Assembly (NCBI GenBank): GCA_039801505.1 | Contig: JBDRUV010000001.1 | Coordinates: 198,714 to 262,713, forward strand | Direction: 5' to 3' | DNA: 64,000 bases | From: a candidate division WOR-3 bacterium | GTDB lineage: Bacteria; Hydrothermota; Tepidihabitantia; Tepidihabitantales; CAIPLT01 | Shown here: piece by piece, positions 29,522 to 38,504 of the stretch | How the letters are laid out: every line of letters begins with the position of its first letter | Position numbering within the stretch: the stretch's first letter is position 1 | Notes under the pieces: model-generated | Told to the model about the DNA's origin: nothing | Databases searched by the model: none | Seen by the model: only the letters and a program-made list of their open reading frames with translations | Position numbers and translations under genes: made by a program

Positions 29522-31258
29522 ATGCGTAAGCTTAGTTTAATCTTTTTTATGGGCCTACAAATTTCAGCTGCAGAACTCTCAGTTATTAAGGCTGCAGATA
29601 TCGTTGACGAGGTTCCACTTCAACCATACTTAGACACTGTGACGACCGATTACTTTTTACCAACAGCTTGCGAGCTTCCGTATCTTCCGGGTTGGCCAGT
29701 AAGAGTTGCTAACGGTTCTTTTAGTCCAGTGCGGGGTGTAGCTGTGGCTGATTTTGATGGCGACGGCAAATTAGAAATTATGCGGGGTTCGACGGCCAAT
29801 CAAGTATATGTCTGGCGATATGATGGCAGTTTATACCCGGGTTGGCCGAGGTTCGTTAATAATGCTTGTCAAGAGGCCCCAGCAGTGGCTGATGTTGATT
29901 TGGATGGCAACTATGAAGTTTGCGTGGTTACACGGGGGCTTACAAACGGTGGTAAGGTTTATCTTTTTGATGAAGCAGGCAACATAAAACCTGGTTGGCC
30001 TTTCACCGGTCCTCACAATGGCAACTTCGCTTGCAGTCCTTGTCTTTCTGATATTGATAACGACGACACCTTAGAAATTATTGTTGCCGAACGGAATTAT
30101 CCAATCGGTCATCTGTTCATTCTTAAGTATAACGGTACAATAATGAGAAGTTGTTCTCTTGACCATGTACCGGCAGTTACGCCAGCGGTTGGGGATATTA
30201 ACTGTGATGGTGTTAAAGAAATTATTTATTGCTCGTATTCTTCAATTTATGTTTTTAGGCCTGATGGCACAATTCTTGCTGGTTGGCCGCAAGTTAATCC
30301 TGGAGGTCGAAACTTTTCTTATCAGTCCCCGGTTTTAGCCGACCTTGATGGCGACGACTCGTTGGAAATAATTGTGGCTGCCCATCAAAATGGTGGTGCA
30401 GTATATGTCTTTAGACACAATGGAACTTTACTTACAGGTTGGCCGTATAATTTTAGTCGTTGGACTTATTGCCCACCAACTGTGGCTGATCTTTACCGAA
30501 ATCGTGACCTTAAAATAATCTGCGGAGTCTCTGGAGTTGTTACTGGTTCTTGCGATGCTTTATATGCCTTTGATGATAACGGGAGCGTACTCACAGGATT
30601 TCCTTATATTTCTCTGAACGGTGAAGCAGCTGAAGGTAATATTACAGTGTGTGACCTAGATGGCGATGGCGATATGGAGATTATCTTTAGTAGTAATAAA
30701 ATGAACTCAGTTGATAGTCTGGGTTATCTTCATGCTTGTCATCATGACGGTTCCCCGGTCGCTGGTTGGCCATTGAGGACATATGGTTTTACTTATCTTA
30801 ATGGTGCTACCGTGTGTGATGTTGATGGCGATGATTCGCTTGATATTATTGCAGTATCTGCGGTTGGTTCGGTGATGGAAGTTGCAATCTGGGAAGCTGG
30901 TGTCCCCTATAACAGAATGAGTTGGGAATGGCCAACATATCATTTTGACATGGCCCGCACCGGTCTTTATATTTCACCAACCACCAGTGTTTTAGAAAAA
31001 CCAGTAAAACCAGCCTTGCTACAGTCTAAGACAATTAAAAACGTTTTAACTAGAGAACGTGCGATTGAAATGGCAACACGTGGCGATGGTAAAATATCGT
31101 TGAAACTATATGATTACACTGGCCGGTTAGTAAAATCAATTTATCAGGGTTATCTAAAGAAAGGTACCCATAAATTTTTACTACCCTCAGAAATTTCTCC
31201 GGGACTATATTTTCTTTATGCCAACGGCTCAGTAGCCAAACTAGTAATTATTAAATAA
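29522..31258 (+). CDS. FG-GAP/VCBS repeat beta-propeller protein with a T9SS-type C-terminal sorting domain
   Basis: It has a signal peptide and seven DxDGDGxxEI-type FG-GAP repeats (DFDGDGKLEI, DVDLDGNYEV, DIDNDDTLEI, DINCDGVKEI, DLDGDDSLEI, DLDGDGDMEI, DVDGDDSLDI). Its CTD reads ...LKLYDYTGRLV...GLYFLYANGSVAKLVIIK. A GGAGG SD is present. Confidence 0.65.
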   Translation: MRKLSLIFFMGLQISAAELSVIKAADIVDEVPLQPYLDTVTTDYFLPTACELPYLPGWPVRVANGSFSPVRGVAVADFDGDGKLEIMRGSTANQVYVWRYDGSLYPGWPRFVNNACQEAPAVADVDLDGNYEVCVVTRGLTNGGKVYLFDEAGNIKPGWPFTGPHNGNFACSPCLSDIDNDDTLEIIVAERNYPIGHLFILKYNGTIMRSCSLDHVPAVTPAVGDINCDGVKEIIYCSYSSIYVFRPDGTILAGWPQVNPGGRNFSYQSPVLADLDGDDSLEIIVAAHQNGGAVYVFRHNGTLLTGWPYNFSRWTYCPPTVADLYRNRDLKIICGVSGVVTGSCDALYAFDDNGSVLTGFPYISLNGEAAEGNITVCDLDGDGDMEIIFSSNKMNSVDSLGYLHACHHDGSPVAGWPLRTYGFTYLNGATVCDVDGDDSLDIIAVSAVGSVMEVAIWEAGVPYNRMSWEWPTYHFDMARTGLYISPTTSVLEKPVKPALLQSKTIKNVLTRERAIEMATRGDGKISLKLYDYTGRLVKSIYQGYLKKGTHKFLLPSEISPGLYFLYANGSVAKLVIIK

Positions 31259-31276
31259 TAAACAAAAGGAGGTAAG

Positions 31277-32014
31277 ATGAGATATTTAATTGGGGTATTT
31301 TTATTATTGTCGATAAGTTTTGCGGGAATTGTCTATAAAGCCCAAGTTACAGATTACGATGCGACTAAGAAACATGACTTCATTCAAGAGGTATATTTAG
31401 AAAAAGATAAAATTCGGATTGACATTAAAAACGAAGAGACTAGCCCGGTAATTTTTCTTGGGGATAAAGAGATACTAATAACCGTTGATCATAAAAATAA
31501 AACATATACCGTACTGACTAAAGAAACCGCCCAGAAAATCACTAAGGCTGCTGAAGAGGCTTTTAAGGCCATAGAACCGGAACTGAAAAAATTACCCCAA
31601 GAATTTCAGGATAAGATAAAAACAGCCTCATCAGTTAAAAAGCCACAAATTGACTATAAAAAGGTTGGAGGCAGCGAAAAAATTGGCAACTGGATTTGTG
31701 ATAAGTACGTAAGATTAAGCGATGGCGAAAAAGACCTTGAACTCTGGACAGTTGACCCTAAACTTTTTAAGCTTAACCAAGAAGATCTAGTAGTTTTTAA
31801 AAAATTAAAAGAATTTTTCGGATTCTCCCTTAAAGGTAAAATCACTACAGAAGTTGAATTTGATGTTGGGTTTCCCGTGAAAATAATAAGCTACAAAGGA
31901 AACAAGCCGGCAAGCGAATATCTACTTAAAGAATTAAAAGAAGAAAAAATTTCGCCTCAAATTTTTGAAGTTCCTAAGGGATATAAGAAAGAAGTCTTAA
32001 AACCCGAAAAGTAA
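31277..32014 (+). CDS. Hypothetical secreted/lipoprotein, Lys/Glu-rich
   Basis: A 245-aa ORF with a signal peptide and good coding-like composition. I do not recognise any domain. Confidence 0.45.
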   Translation: MRYLIGVFLLLSISFAGIVYKAQVTDYDATKKHDFIQEVYLEKDKIRIDIKNEETSPVIFLGDKEILITVDHKNKTYTVLTKETAQKITKAAEEAFKAIEPELKKLPQEFQDKIKTASSVKKPQIDYKKVGGSEKIGNWICDKYVRLSDGEKDLELWTVDPKLFKLNQEDLVVFKKLKEFFGFSLKGKITTEVEFDVGFPVKIISYKGNKPASEYLLKELKEEKISPQIFEVPKGYKKEVLKPEK

Positions 32015-32015
32015 T

Positions 32016-32948
32016 CTAAGCATCTAGTGCTGGTAAATTTTTTCTGACAAGTTTGGTGATTTTTAAAAGAATTTTCTGATTAAGACCGTCGGCGGTGTAT
32101 TTGTTGTGTAGCGCAGCAAGGGCTCTCTTTAACGATAAATTTTTTGCGGTTGGCTTTTTAGTTAAGACCTTATAGACAGCTCGGGTAAAGGATTTATAGC
32201 GCTGGTATAATACCAAGGGCACAGCAAAACGATCAAGCAACCGGTGGACTTGGGCTTCGATATTAGTGATGTTGGCGAAATATTCCATGTAGCGATAGTG
32301 CATTCGGGTTTGAAGTTCTGGTGATGGTGGTTTTCCTGGTGGACGGTGGCTTTTAGTAGTGCCCCGGGTTTCTAATATCAGCTGCCGGATCCGTTTTAAG
32401 TGCCTTAATTGAGCGCCTAATTTAAGCCAGGGCCCATATGTGATTTTATTTACGCTAAAATATTTAAGGCGTTGTTTAATAAGTTCGTCACAAAAGTTTA
32501 TGTAGACCTTAAAAAGTTCTTGGGGGATTTGGGCTTGGGCAAGATACAAGTTAACTAATTGCCTTGTAAGTGTTAAGTCCTCATCGTTATTTATTGTGGC
32601 TCGATTTAACGAAGCTTGATATTTGCGGCTGACACGATACAACTTCGGCTCCGATATAAGCGTCTGGGTTTGACCTAATTTTCGGATTACTCGAGCACTT
32701 TCTAAATATTGCGCTCTGAGTTCTAAAGCCTTAAAAAAATCTTGCCAGCTGACATTACAGGCCCGAAGATAAGTTAATACTGTATGCAAGTGAGGATTTT
32801 TAATTTTACCCCGTTCTAATCGTGATAGATAACTTTTGCCGGCTTTTGCTGAGAGCTTAAGTCGTTGGACCAATTCATTTAACGAGAGCCGTGCTTTTTT
32901 TCGATAGTGTCTAAGCAGACGACTAAGTTCTTGAGTCAGCCAAGTCAT
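32016..32948 (-). CDS. Helix-turn-helix (XRE-like) domain protein with an uncharacterized ~250-aa C-terminal region
   Basis: The N-terminus ...ARLSLNELVQRLKLSAKAGKSYLSRLERGKIKNPHLHTVLTYL... is an HTH_XRE-like motif. The start is taken at the ATG at 32948, because the track start is GTG. Confidence 0.45.
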   Translation of the reverse strand: MTWLTQELSRLLRHYRKKARLSLNELVQRLKLSAKAGKSYLSRLERGKIKNPHLHTVLTYLRACNVSWQDFFKALELRAQYLESARVIRKLGQTQTLISEPKLYRVSRKYQASLNRATINNDEDLTLTRQLVNLYLAQAQIPQELFKVYINFCDELIKQRLKYFSVNKITYGPWLKLGAQLRHLKRIRQLILETRGTTKSHRPPGKPPSPELQTRMHYRYMEYFANITNIEAQVHRLLDRFAVPLVLYQRYKSFTRAVYKVLTKKPTAKNLSLKRALAALHNKYTADGLNQKILLKITKLVRKNLPALDA

Positions 32949-33040
32949 TGCACAGTGTACTGCACGGTACACTTAAAATCAAGAGATTTGATCCGATAAC
33001 TTATTGATAATCAATAGCTGATTGTAAAATCGCAAATGCG

Positions 33041-33080
33041 CCACCCCACAGTCTAGGCCACGGCCTGCACTTAGTAGGAG
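33041..33080. repeat. GC-rich intergenic repeat, copy 4 (CCACCCCACAGTCTAGGCCACGGCCTGCACTTAGTAGGAG). A partial copy GCACAGTGTACTGCACGGTACAC lies at 32950-32975.
   Basis: It matches the family in reverse-complement orientation and lies upstream of the HTH gene. Confidence 0.45.
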
Positions 33081-33251
33081 GTTATTGGGGAGTAGTAAAT
33101 TTTCAGTTAGAAATATTTAATCTGGTCCGGATTATATTCGTAAAAGTTCTAAAGAACCACGAGCTGACATTTACGGCTTGTATTGGATTACTAATCGGGT
33201 CTTAAGAAAATCATCCCGGCTTGGCTTTTCGGTTCTGGCTAATAAAGGCTC

Positions 33252-33280
33252 TTGACAAGATGATAGTTTTGATGTATAAT
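33252..33280 (+). promoter_or_regulatory. Orphan consensus sigma70 promoter (TTGACA-17-TATAAT) with no coding start downstream
   Basis: -35 at 33252-57 and -10 at 33275-80. It is followed within about 30 nt by an intrinsic terminator. Confidence 0.4.
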
Positions 33281-33309
33281 AAACCATCTAATTTCTATCA
33301 CCTCCTTTT

Positions 33310-33343
33310 CCTCCTCCCCAATCGGGGAGGAGGTTTTTATTTT
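33310..33343 (+). terminator. Rho-independent terminator hairpin (CCTCCTCCCC-AATC-GGGGAGGAGG plus TTTTTATTTT)
   Basis: A perfect 10-bp GC-rich stem with a 4-nt loop and a T-run on the plus strand. It overlaps the stop of the convergent minus-strand SBP gene. Confidence 0.55.
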
Positions 33344-34605
33344 GACTTGTGAGATGTTTCTTTAATTCTTAACAGCAGTTTTTCCTGGGCAAATTTTAAC
33401 GCCTCTTTGGGAGACATTTTGCCTAATGTGGCATTTTCTAAGGCATCTTCGATAAAGATTTTTCGCCCCTCAAACCAGGCTTCGCCTTTAGGTTCAAAGA
33501 CCGCATAGTTCATCTGATAATAAGCCTCTTTAAGACCTGGAGTGGCTTGCAGGTGAGCATGCATTCTCGGATCCTCTAAGGCTGACTTTTGAATTGGCAC
33601 ATAATAGGTATTAAGCGACCAACGGATCTGCTGTTCTTTGGAGGTAAACCACTTGATAAACTTCCAAGCGGCGCGTTTCTCTTCTGGGGTTGCCTGCCGA
33701 AACAGGCCAATGTTGGTGCCATAGATAATCACGGCCGGCTTTCTGTTATAAGGTAGTGGCGCCATACCCACTGGGAAGGTTTCATGTTCCAGCATCACAG
33801 CCCGTCGCGCGCAACTTAGGGGCACGCAGAAGACCCGCTTGGCTAAAAAATCATCTAAGATTTCCGAGACCGCACTTCGACCCTGGACACTATCTTTATA
33901 AATTAAGGCGACCTGAAACTCTAAACTTTTAATTGCTGGTTCTGAGTAGAATAGGGGCATAAGCCTTTCTTCATCAAAAAGTCGACCGCCTTCTTGATAG
34001 ATCATCGAGGCTACAACCCAAATATCCGTGCCGCCAATTGTCGGGATAATTTGACCCTTGTAGCGTTCCTTGATCTTACGCATCAGGACTAAGAACTCAT
34101 CCCAAGTTTGAGGAAACTTCTTATAACCTAAGGTTTCTAAAATGGCCACATTATAATAATACACCGGGACACTTTTATTAAAAGGCAAGGTCACGATTCT
34201 ACCGTGCCAGCTATTATTATCAAGCAAAACTTGCCAGATATCAGCGCGTTCTTCGGGAGTTAAGCCTTCTGAGGAATAGATAAATGAGTCAAGTGGAGTT
34301 AAATAGTTGTTAAGAAGCAGCTGGGTTGTCCAGTTTTCGTACATCTGGGCAATCGTTGGGGGTCGGCCAATAGCGCAGGCACTCATGAGTTTTTGAGCTA
34401 AAATATTATAGTCAGCCATGCCGACCAGCTTGATTTTTATGTCTTTGTGTGTCGAGCAGAAGTCAGCAACCATCGCCTGCAGGGCCCGTTCCACCCGACC
34501 ACCCATTGCATGCCAAAAAGTGATCTCTGTGACTTGGGATTTATGCTTACAGCTTAGCGCCAAAACTATAAAAAGGAGTATCATCCCGATAGCGATTTTT
34601 CTCAT
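33337..34605 (-). CDS. ABC transporter substrate-binding protein (family 1, sugar/oligosaccharide type), orphan
   Basis: 422 aa with a signal peptide and a bacterial extracellular SBP family 1 fold (...ITFWHAMGG..., ...KFIKWFTSKEQQ...). No permease or ATPase lies adjacent. Confidence 0.75.
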   Translation of the reverse strand: MRKIAIGMILLFIVLALSCKHKSQVTEITFWHAMGGRVERALQAMVADFCSTHKDIKIKLVGMADYNILAQKLMSACAIGRPPTIAQMYENWTTQLLLNNYLTPLDSFIYSSEGLTPEERADIWQVLLDNNSWHGRIVTLPFNKSVPVYYYNVAILETLGYKKFPQTWDEFLVLMRKIKERYKGQIIPTIGGTDIWVVASMIYQEGGRLFDEERLMPLFYSEPAIKSLEFQVALIYKDSVQGRSAVSEILDDFLAKRVFCVPLSCARRAVMLEHETFPVGMAPLPYNRKPAVIIYGTNIGLFRQATPEEKRAAWKFIKWFTSKEQQIRWSLNTYYVPIQKSALEDPRMHAHLQATPGLKEAYYQMNYAVFEPKGEAWFEGRKIFIEDALENATLGKMSPKEALKFAQEKLLLRIKETSHKSK

Positions 34606-34669
34606 TAAATTATTGTATAAAAATTTACAAACCTTGTCAAATTACTTGATTTATTGCGTAGATTGTTCT

Positions 34670-35434
34670 ATGCTTAACTATATGTCGGACCGAATGCTGA
34701 AGCCATTTGAGCGTTTTGCCTACTATTACGACGACTTTATGCGTCGGGTCGTAGATTACCGAGGCTGGGTAAATTATGTGCAGAAGATTTTTGACCGCTA
34801 CCAGATAAAAGTAACCCGGATTTTAGATTTAGCCTGCGGTAGCGGCATCCCCTCAATCATATTAGCCGAGATGGGCTACGAGGTAATCGGGCTTGACAGC
34901 TCACAGGAGATGCTTTCAGTATTTGTCAGTAAAATCAAAAACCGCAACCTAAAAATTACGATTAAGTATGCCGACATGAGAGATTTTACTTTAGACCGAC
35001 AGGTTGATGCCTGTGTCTCATTTTATGACAGTATGAATTATTTGCTAACTGAAGATGACCTTCGAAAATGTTTTAGCTGTGTGGCTCAAAGCCTAAGAGC
35101 AGGTGGTCTATTTGCATTTGATATGAATACTGTTTTCTGCTTAGAGCATTTCTGGAATAACAAAGAGACTCCCCGCATCACCCAAGAACTTTATACCATT
35201 TGGAAAAATACTTACGACCCGGCTACGCGGATCTCGAAACTTTATTTAACTGTTAAGACCAAAACTGGAGAAGAGTTTTCTGAGCTCCACCAAGAACGTG
35301 GTTATTATCCCACAGAAATTTCCGAAGCTTTAGGGGCTGCCGGATTTACCCGCATCGATTTTTACAACCATGGGACATTTGAGCCAATAAATGAAGTGAC
35401 CTTACGGATGATGATTGTGGCTCAAAAACCCTAA
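34670..35434 (+). CDS. Class I SAM-dependent methyltransferase
   Basis: SAM-binding motif I (ILDLACGSGIPSI) and a post-I acidic residue (VIGLDSS). The start is taken at the ATG at 34670 to remove the long overlap with the SBP gene. Confidence 0.7.
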   Translation: MLNYMSDRMLKPFERFAYYYDDFMRRVVDYRGWVNYVQKIFDRYQIKVTRILDLACGSGIPSIILAEMGYEVIGLDSSQEMLSVFVSKIKNRNLKITIKYADMRDFTLDRQVDACVSFYDSMNYLLTEDDLRKCFSCVAQSLRAGGLFAFDMNTVFCLEHFWNNKETPRITQELYTIWKNTYDPATRISKLYLTVKTKTGEEFSELHQERGYYPTEISEALGAAGFTRIDFYNHGTFEPINEVTLRMMIVAQKP

Positions 35435-36156
35435 CGCACAATGATTTTTTTAAGTTCGTTATCAATTCTGATAAAATAAACCCCAGAGGCTTGAGGCGTT
35501 ATCGGCCAATTTAGCCGTCGGCCTAGTGGGTCATAAATTTCCTGATTTCTAAATTGCTGTAGGTGGTTTGTATGAGTTATGAAATAATCTATCTTGGATT
35601 TGATAACAGTTTTATTTTCCTCGGTAATGAAGCTTACGGTACTGTCAATTAATGAAACATCATCAACAAGTAACGAAGCATTCGGTAATGCTAAAATATT
35701 GACAGAGACCAGCTGAGCACTATCCGGGGAGTTAAGGACCTGGCGTATAAGTGTCCAGTTTGGGGCTTGATAAATTGGCACTACAACCGGAGTTCCTAAA
35801 GTTTCGAAGGCAAAAGTTTGCCAGATGAAAACAAAACCGCCGGCAAGAGAGCTATTCGTCTTAACATATCCTTGAAAAATATATCGCCGGTTTCTGCTTA
35901 CTAAAGAATAAGTTGTGGCAACACCTAAGGTTTCAAAACTGATACTATAAACTCGCAGGGAATAAAGTCCAGTATGGGCATCGGTACTTCGGGTTGCCGT
36001 GCCCGGATAAGTTGGTTCTGAAGTTAACCAGCCCAAGGGCATTGAGACGCCTAAGCTATCAAGCCAGAGTTCAAAACCGGGATTAATTATAAGATTTTGG
36101 GCTGAAAGGAGATTTGTAAAGAGCGAGATATAAATCAGTATCCTTAGTTTATTCAT
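35431..36156 (-). CDS. Small secreted protein with a T9SS-type C-terminal sorting domain
   Basis: It has a signal peptide and a CTD-like end ...YDPLGRRLNWPITPQASGVYFIRIDNELKKIIVR. Confidence 0.5.
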   Translation of the reverse strand: MNKLRILIYISLFTNLLSAQNLIINPGFELWLDSLGVSMPLGWLTSEPTYPGTATRSTDAHTGLYSLRVYSISFETLGVATTYSLVSRNRRYIFQGYVKTNSSLAGGFVFIWQTFAFETLGTPVVVPIYQAPNWTLIRQVLNSPDSAQLVSVNILALPNASLLVDDVSLIDSTVSFITEENKTVIKSKIDYFITHTNHLQQFRNQEIYDPLGRRLNWPITPQASGVYFIRIDNELKKIIVR

Positions 36157-36763
36157 AATTGTTTCTTGATTTGGAAACTTTTAGCTGTTCTCTTCCTAAT
36201 CTAAAAGCTTTAAGATTAATCTCGTGATATTTGACTTTGACATATTTTTTAATTGCTTCTTCATATAGCTCTTCAGGAAAATCTAAAAATCGCGACAGAC
36301 TTCCGAGCATCACAATGTTTTGGACTCGCACCTCGCCTAATTCCTGGGCTAACTTAAAAGCTTCAACAATATATAACCGTTTAGTTCGTTTGCGCAGGCG
36401 CTCAACGGTATTCTGAGGATATTCCCGTTCCCCGGTAAGGACACTCATCGGTAAAATTTCTAAATTATCAACCAAGACTCGTCCGCGAGGACTTAAATAA
36501 TGTATATATCTTAAAGCTTCTAATTTTTCTAGGGCGACGATAAAATCAGCCTGTGTTTCGGTAATTAACGGCGAATAAACTACCGGTCCAAATCGCAATT
36601 GACTTACCACACTCCCACCACGTTGCGCCATGCCATGGACCTCGCTCTTTTTCACATCCTGACCGGCATTCATTGCCACTTCACCTAAAATATCGGTAAA
36701 TAAAAGGACTCCTTGACCGCCAACCCCACATACTAAAATGTTAGTAACTTTATTTTTCATATG
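36149..36763 (-). CDS. iorB: Indolepyruvate:ferredoxin oxidoreductase subunit beta
   Basis: ...ILVCGVGGQGVLLFTDILGEVAMNAGQDVKKSEVHGMAQRGGSV... is the IorB/POR-gamma family sequence. The start is taken at the internal Met at 36763, 11 nt after the iorA stop. Confidence 0.75.
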   Translation of the reverse strand, partial: HMKNKVTNILVCGVGGQGVLLFTDILGEVAMNAGQDVKKSEVHGMAQRGGSVVSQLRFGPVVYSPLITETQADFIVALEKLEALRYIHYLSPRGRVLVDNLEILPMSVLTGEREYPQNTVERLRKRTKRLYIVEAFKLAQELGEVRVQNIVMLGSLSRFLDFPEELYEEAIKKYVKVKYHEINLKAFRLGREQLKVSKSRNNYE

Positions 36764-36773
36764 TGCTCCTTTT

Positions 36774-38495
36774 TTAATGCTCAATTTTAATAATAGCTTC
36801 ACTGGGACAAAGTTTTAAGCACATCTCGCACCCGACGCAAAGGTTTTTATTGATCACTGCGTGATTTTCGCTAAACATCAATGCTGGACAGCCGATGCGT
36901 AGGCACATCTTACAACCAGTGCATTTATCAACTAGCACTTGATGCGGCGGTTTTCTTGGTGCTAGTAAAGCACAAGCACGCCGGGAAACGATTACGATGA
37001 GTTTGTCTTTCTTAAGGATTTCTGAGAATAACGTCCGATTTTCTTTTACCTCATATGGATCAATTACATAAACTTCTTTTACGCCACAAGCCTTTGCAAA
37101 ATCTTCTGGTTTTAGCGATAAAGTTTCCTCGCCCATTAAGGTTTTACCAGTTCCTGGATGGTCTTGATGCCCGGTCATACCAGTAGTCTGGTTATCAAGA
37201 ATAATAATTATTTGTTTGCTTTTATTATACGCAGCATTAATTAGGCCGGGAACGCCCATATGAAAAAAGGTTGAATCACCAATTATCGATACAACTTTCT
37301 TCTGCTCTTTAAGGGCTTTATTAATTCCATGGGCTAAAGTTATCGATGCCCCCATACAAACACAAGAATCCATAGCATTGTGTGGCGGATAAGTTCCTAA
37401 AGTATAACAACCAATATCACCTGAGATTATTAAATCCTTTTTCTGGAGAAGATAAAAAAGTCCGGAGTGTGGGCAACCTGGGCAGAGGGCCGGTGGCCTT
37501 GGCGGTAATTCTGTCTCTGGTTCAATATTAATTTTGCGTCTCAAAAAAGCATTGCGAACAATTCGAGGATTGAGCTCATCAACTAATGGTAAGACTTCCT
37601 TGCCAATAGCTTTTATACCACATGCTCGAGCTAAAATTTCAAGAAATGGATCGGTTTCCTCAACGACATAAATTTTCTTTTTATCTTGAGCAAATTCTAT
37701 AGCAAGTTTATCAGGAAACGGGTAAACCATACCTAATTTAAGAAACGATGCCCTAGGGAAAACCTCTCGGGCGTATTGATAGGCTACCCCATCAGCGATG
37801 ATTCCTAAACTTTTTTTACCCGCGATGATTTTATTAATTGAAATAGTATTAGAATACTCCTTTAGGCGTTTAAGGCGTTCTTCTAAAGAATAATGTCGAC
37901 CTTTGGCAAATTGGGGTAAGAGATTGGTTTTGGTGATATCTTTTGTATAAGTATCCCTAGCATATTCTTGCCGTTCGTCTAAAATAACGATTCCCTTAGA
38001 ATGTGCGATTCGTGTCGTAATTCGAAGTATTACCGGAATATCAAACGTTTCGGAAATTTCAAAGGCTAATTTAGTAAATTCTTTGGCTTCCTGAGAATCT
38101 GATGGACATAAGACTGGTATTTTGGCTATTAGCCCATAAAATCGATTGTCTTGCTCATTCTGAGAAGAATGCAGACCGGGATCGTCGGCACTAACAATGA
38201 CCATACCTGCCCGTACCCCAATATAAGCGGCAGAAAATAGCGCATCAGCGGCAACATTTAGTCCAACATGTTTCATGGCACATATTGCACGGGATCCAGA
38301 AAGCGCCGCCCCCAAAGCAACTTCTAATGCCACTTTCTCGTTAGTCGACCACTCACAGTAAACTCCAGGATATTTTGCTAAATTTTCTAAAATCTGAGTT
38401 GATGGGGTTCCGGGATAGGCTGCCCCAACTTTAACGCCAGCTTCCCAAGCACCCCGGGCAATTGCCTCATCACCGGAAAATAATGTTTTCGCCAT
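36774..38495 (-). CDS. iorA: Indolepyruvate:ferredoxin oxidoreductase subunit alpha
   Basis: 573 aa with a TPP-binding fold and a C-terminal pair of 4Fe-4S ferredoxin motifs (CTGCKMCLRIGCP and CVGCEMCLKLCP). Confidence 0.85.
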   Translation of the reverse strand: MAKTLFSGDEAIARGAWEAGVKVGAAYPGTPSTQILENLAKYPGVYCEWSTNEKVALEVALGAALSGSRAICAMKHVGLNVAADALFSAAYIGVRAGMVIVSADDPGLHSSQNEQDNRFYGLIAKIPVLCPSDSQEAKEFTKLAFEISETFDIPVILRITTRIAHSKGIVILDERQEYARDTYTKDITKTNLLPQFAKGRHYSLEERLKRLKEYSNTISINKIIAGKKSLGIIADGVAYQYAREVFPRASFLKLGMVYPFPDKLAIEFAQDKKKIYVVEETDPFLEILARACGIKAIGKEVLPLVDELNPRIVRNAFLRRKINIEPETELPPRPPALCPGCPHSGLFYLLQKKDLIISGDIGCYTLGTYPPHNAMDSCVCMGASITLAHGINKALKEQKKVVSIIGDSTFFHMGVPGLINAAYNKSKQIIIILDNQTTGMTGHQDHPGTGKTLMGEETLSLKPEDFAKACGVKEVYVIDPYEVKENRTLFSEILKKDKLIVIVSRRACALLAPRKPPHQVLVDKCTGCKMCLRIGCPALMFSENHAVINKNLCVGCEMCLKLCPSEAIIKIEH

Positions 38496-38504
38496 GTTTA
38501 CTCC

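Noticed and set aside
33301-33315. CACCTCCTTTT as an rRNA fragment
   Set aside because: It is only the reverse complement of a minus-strand Shine-Dalgarno sequence. The 12-nt identity to the 16S 3' tail is expected from SD/anti-SD complementarity.
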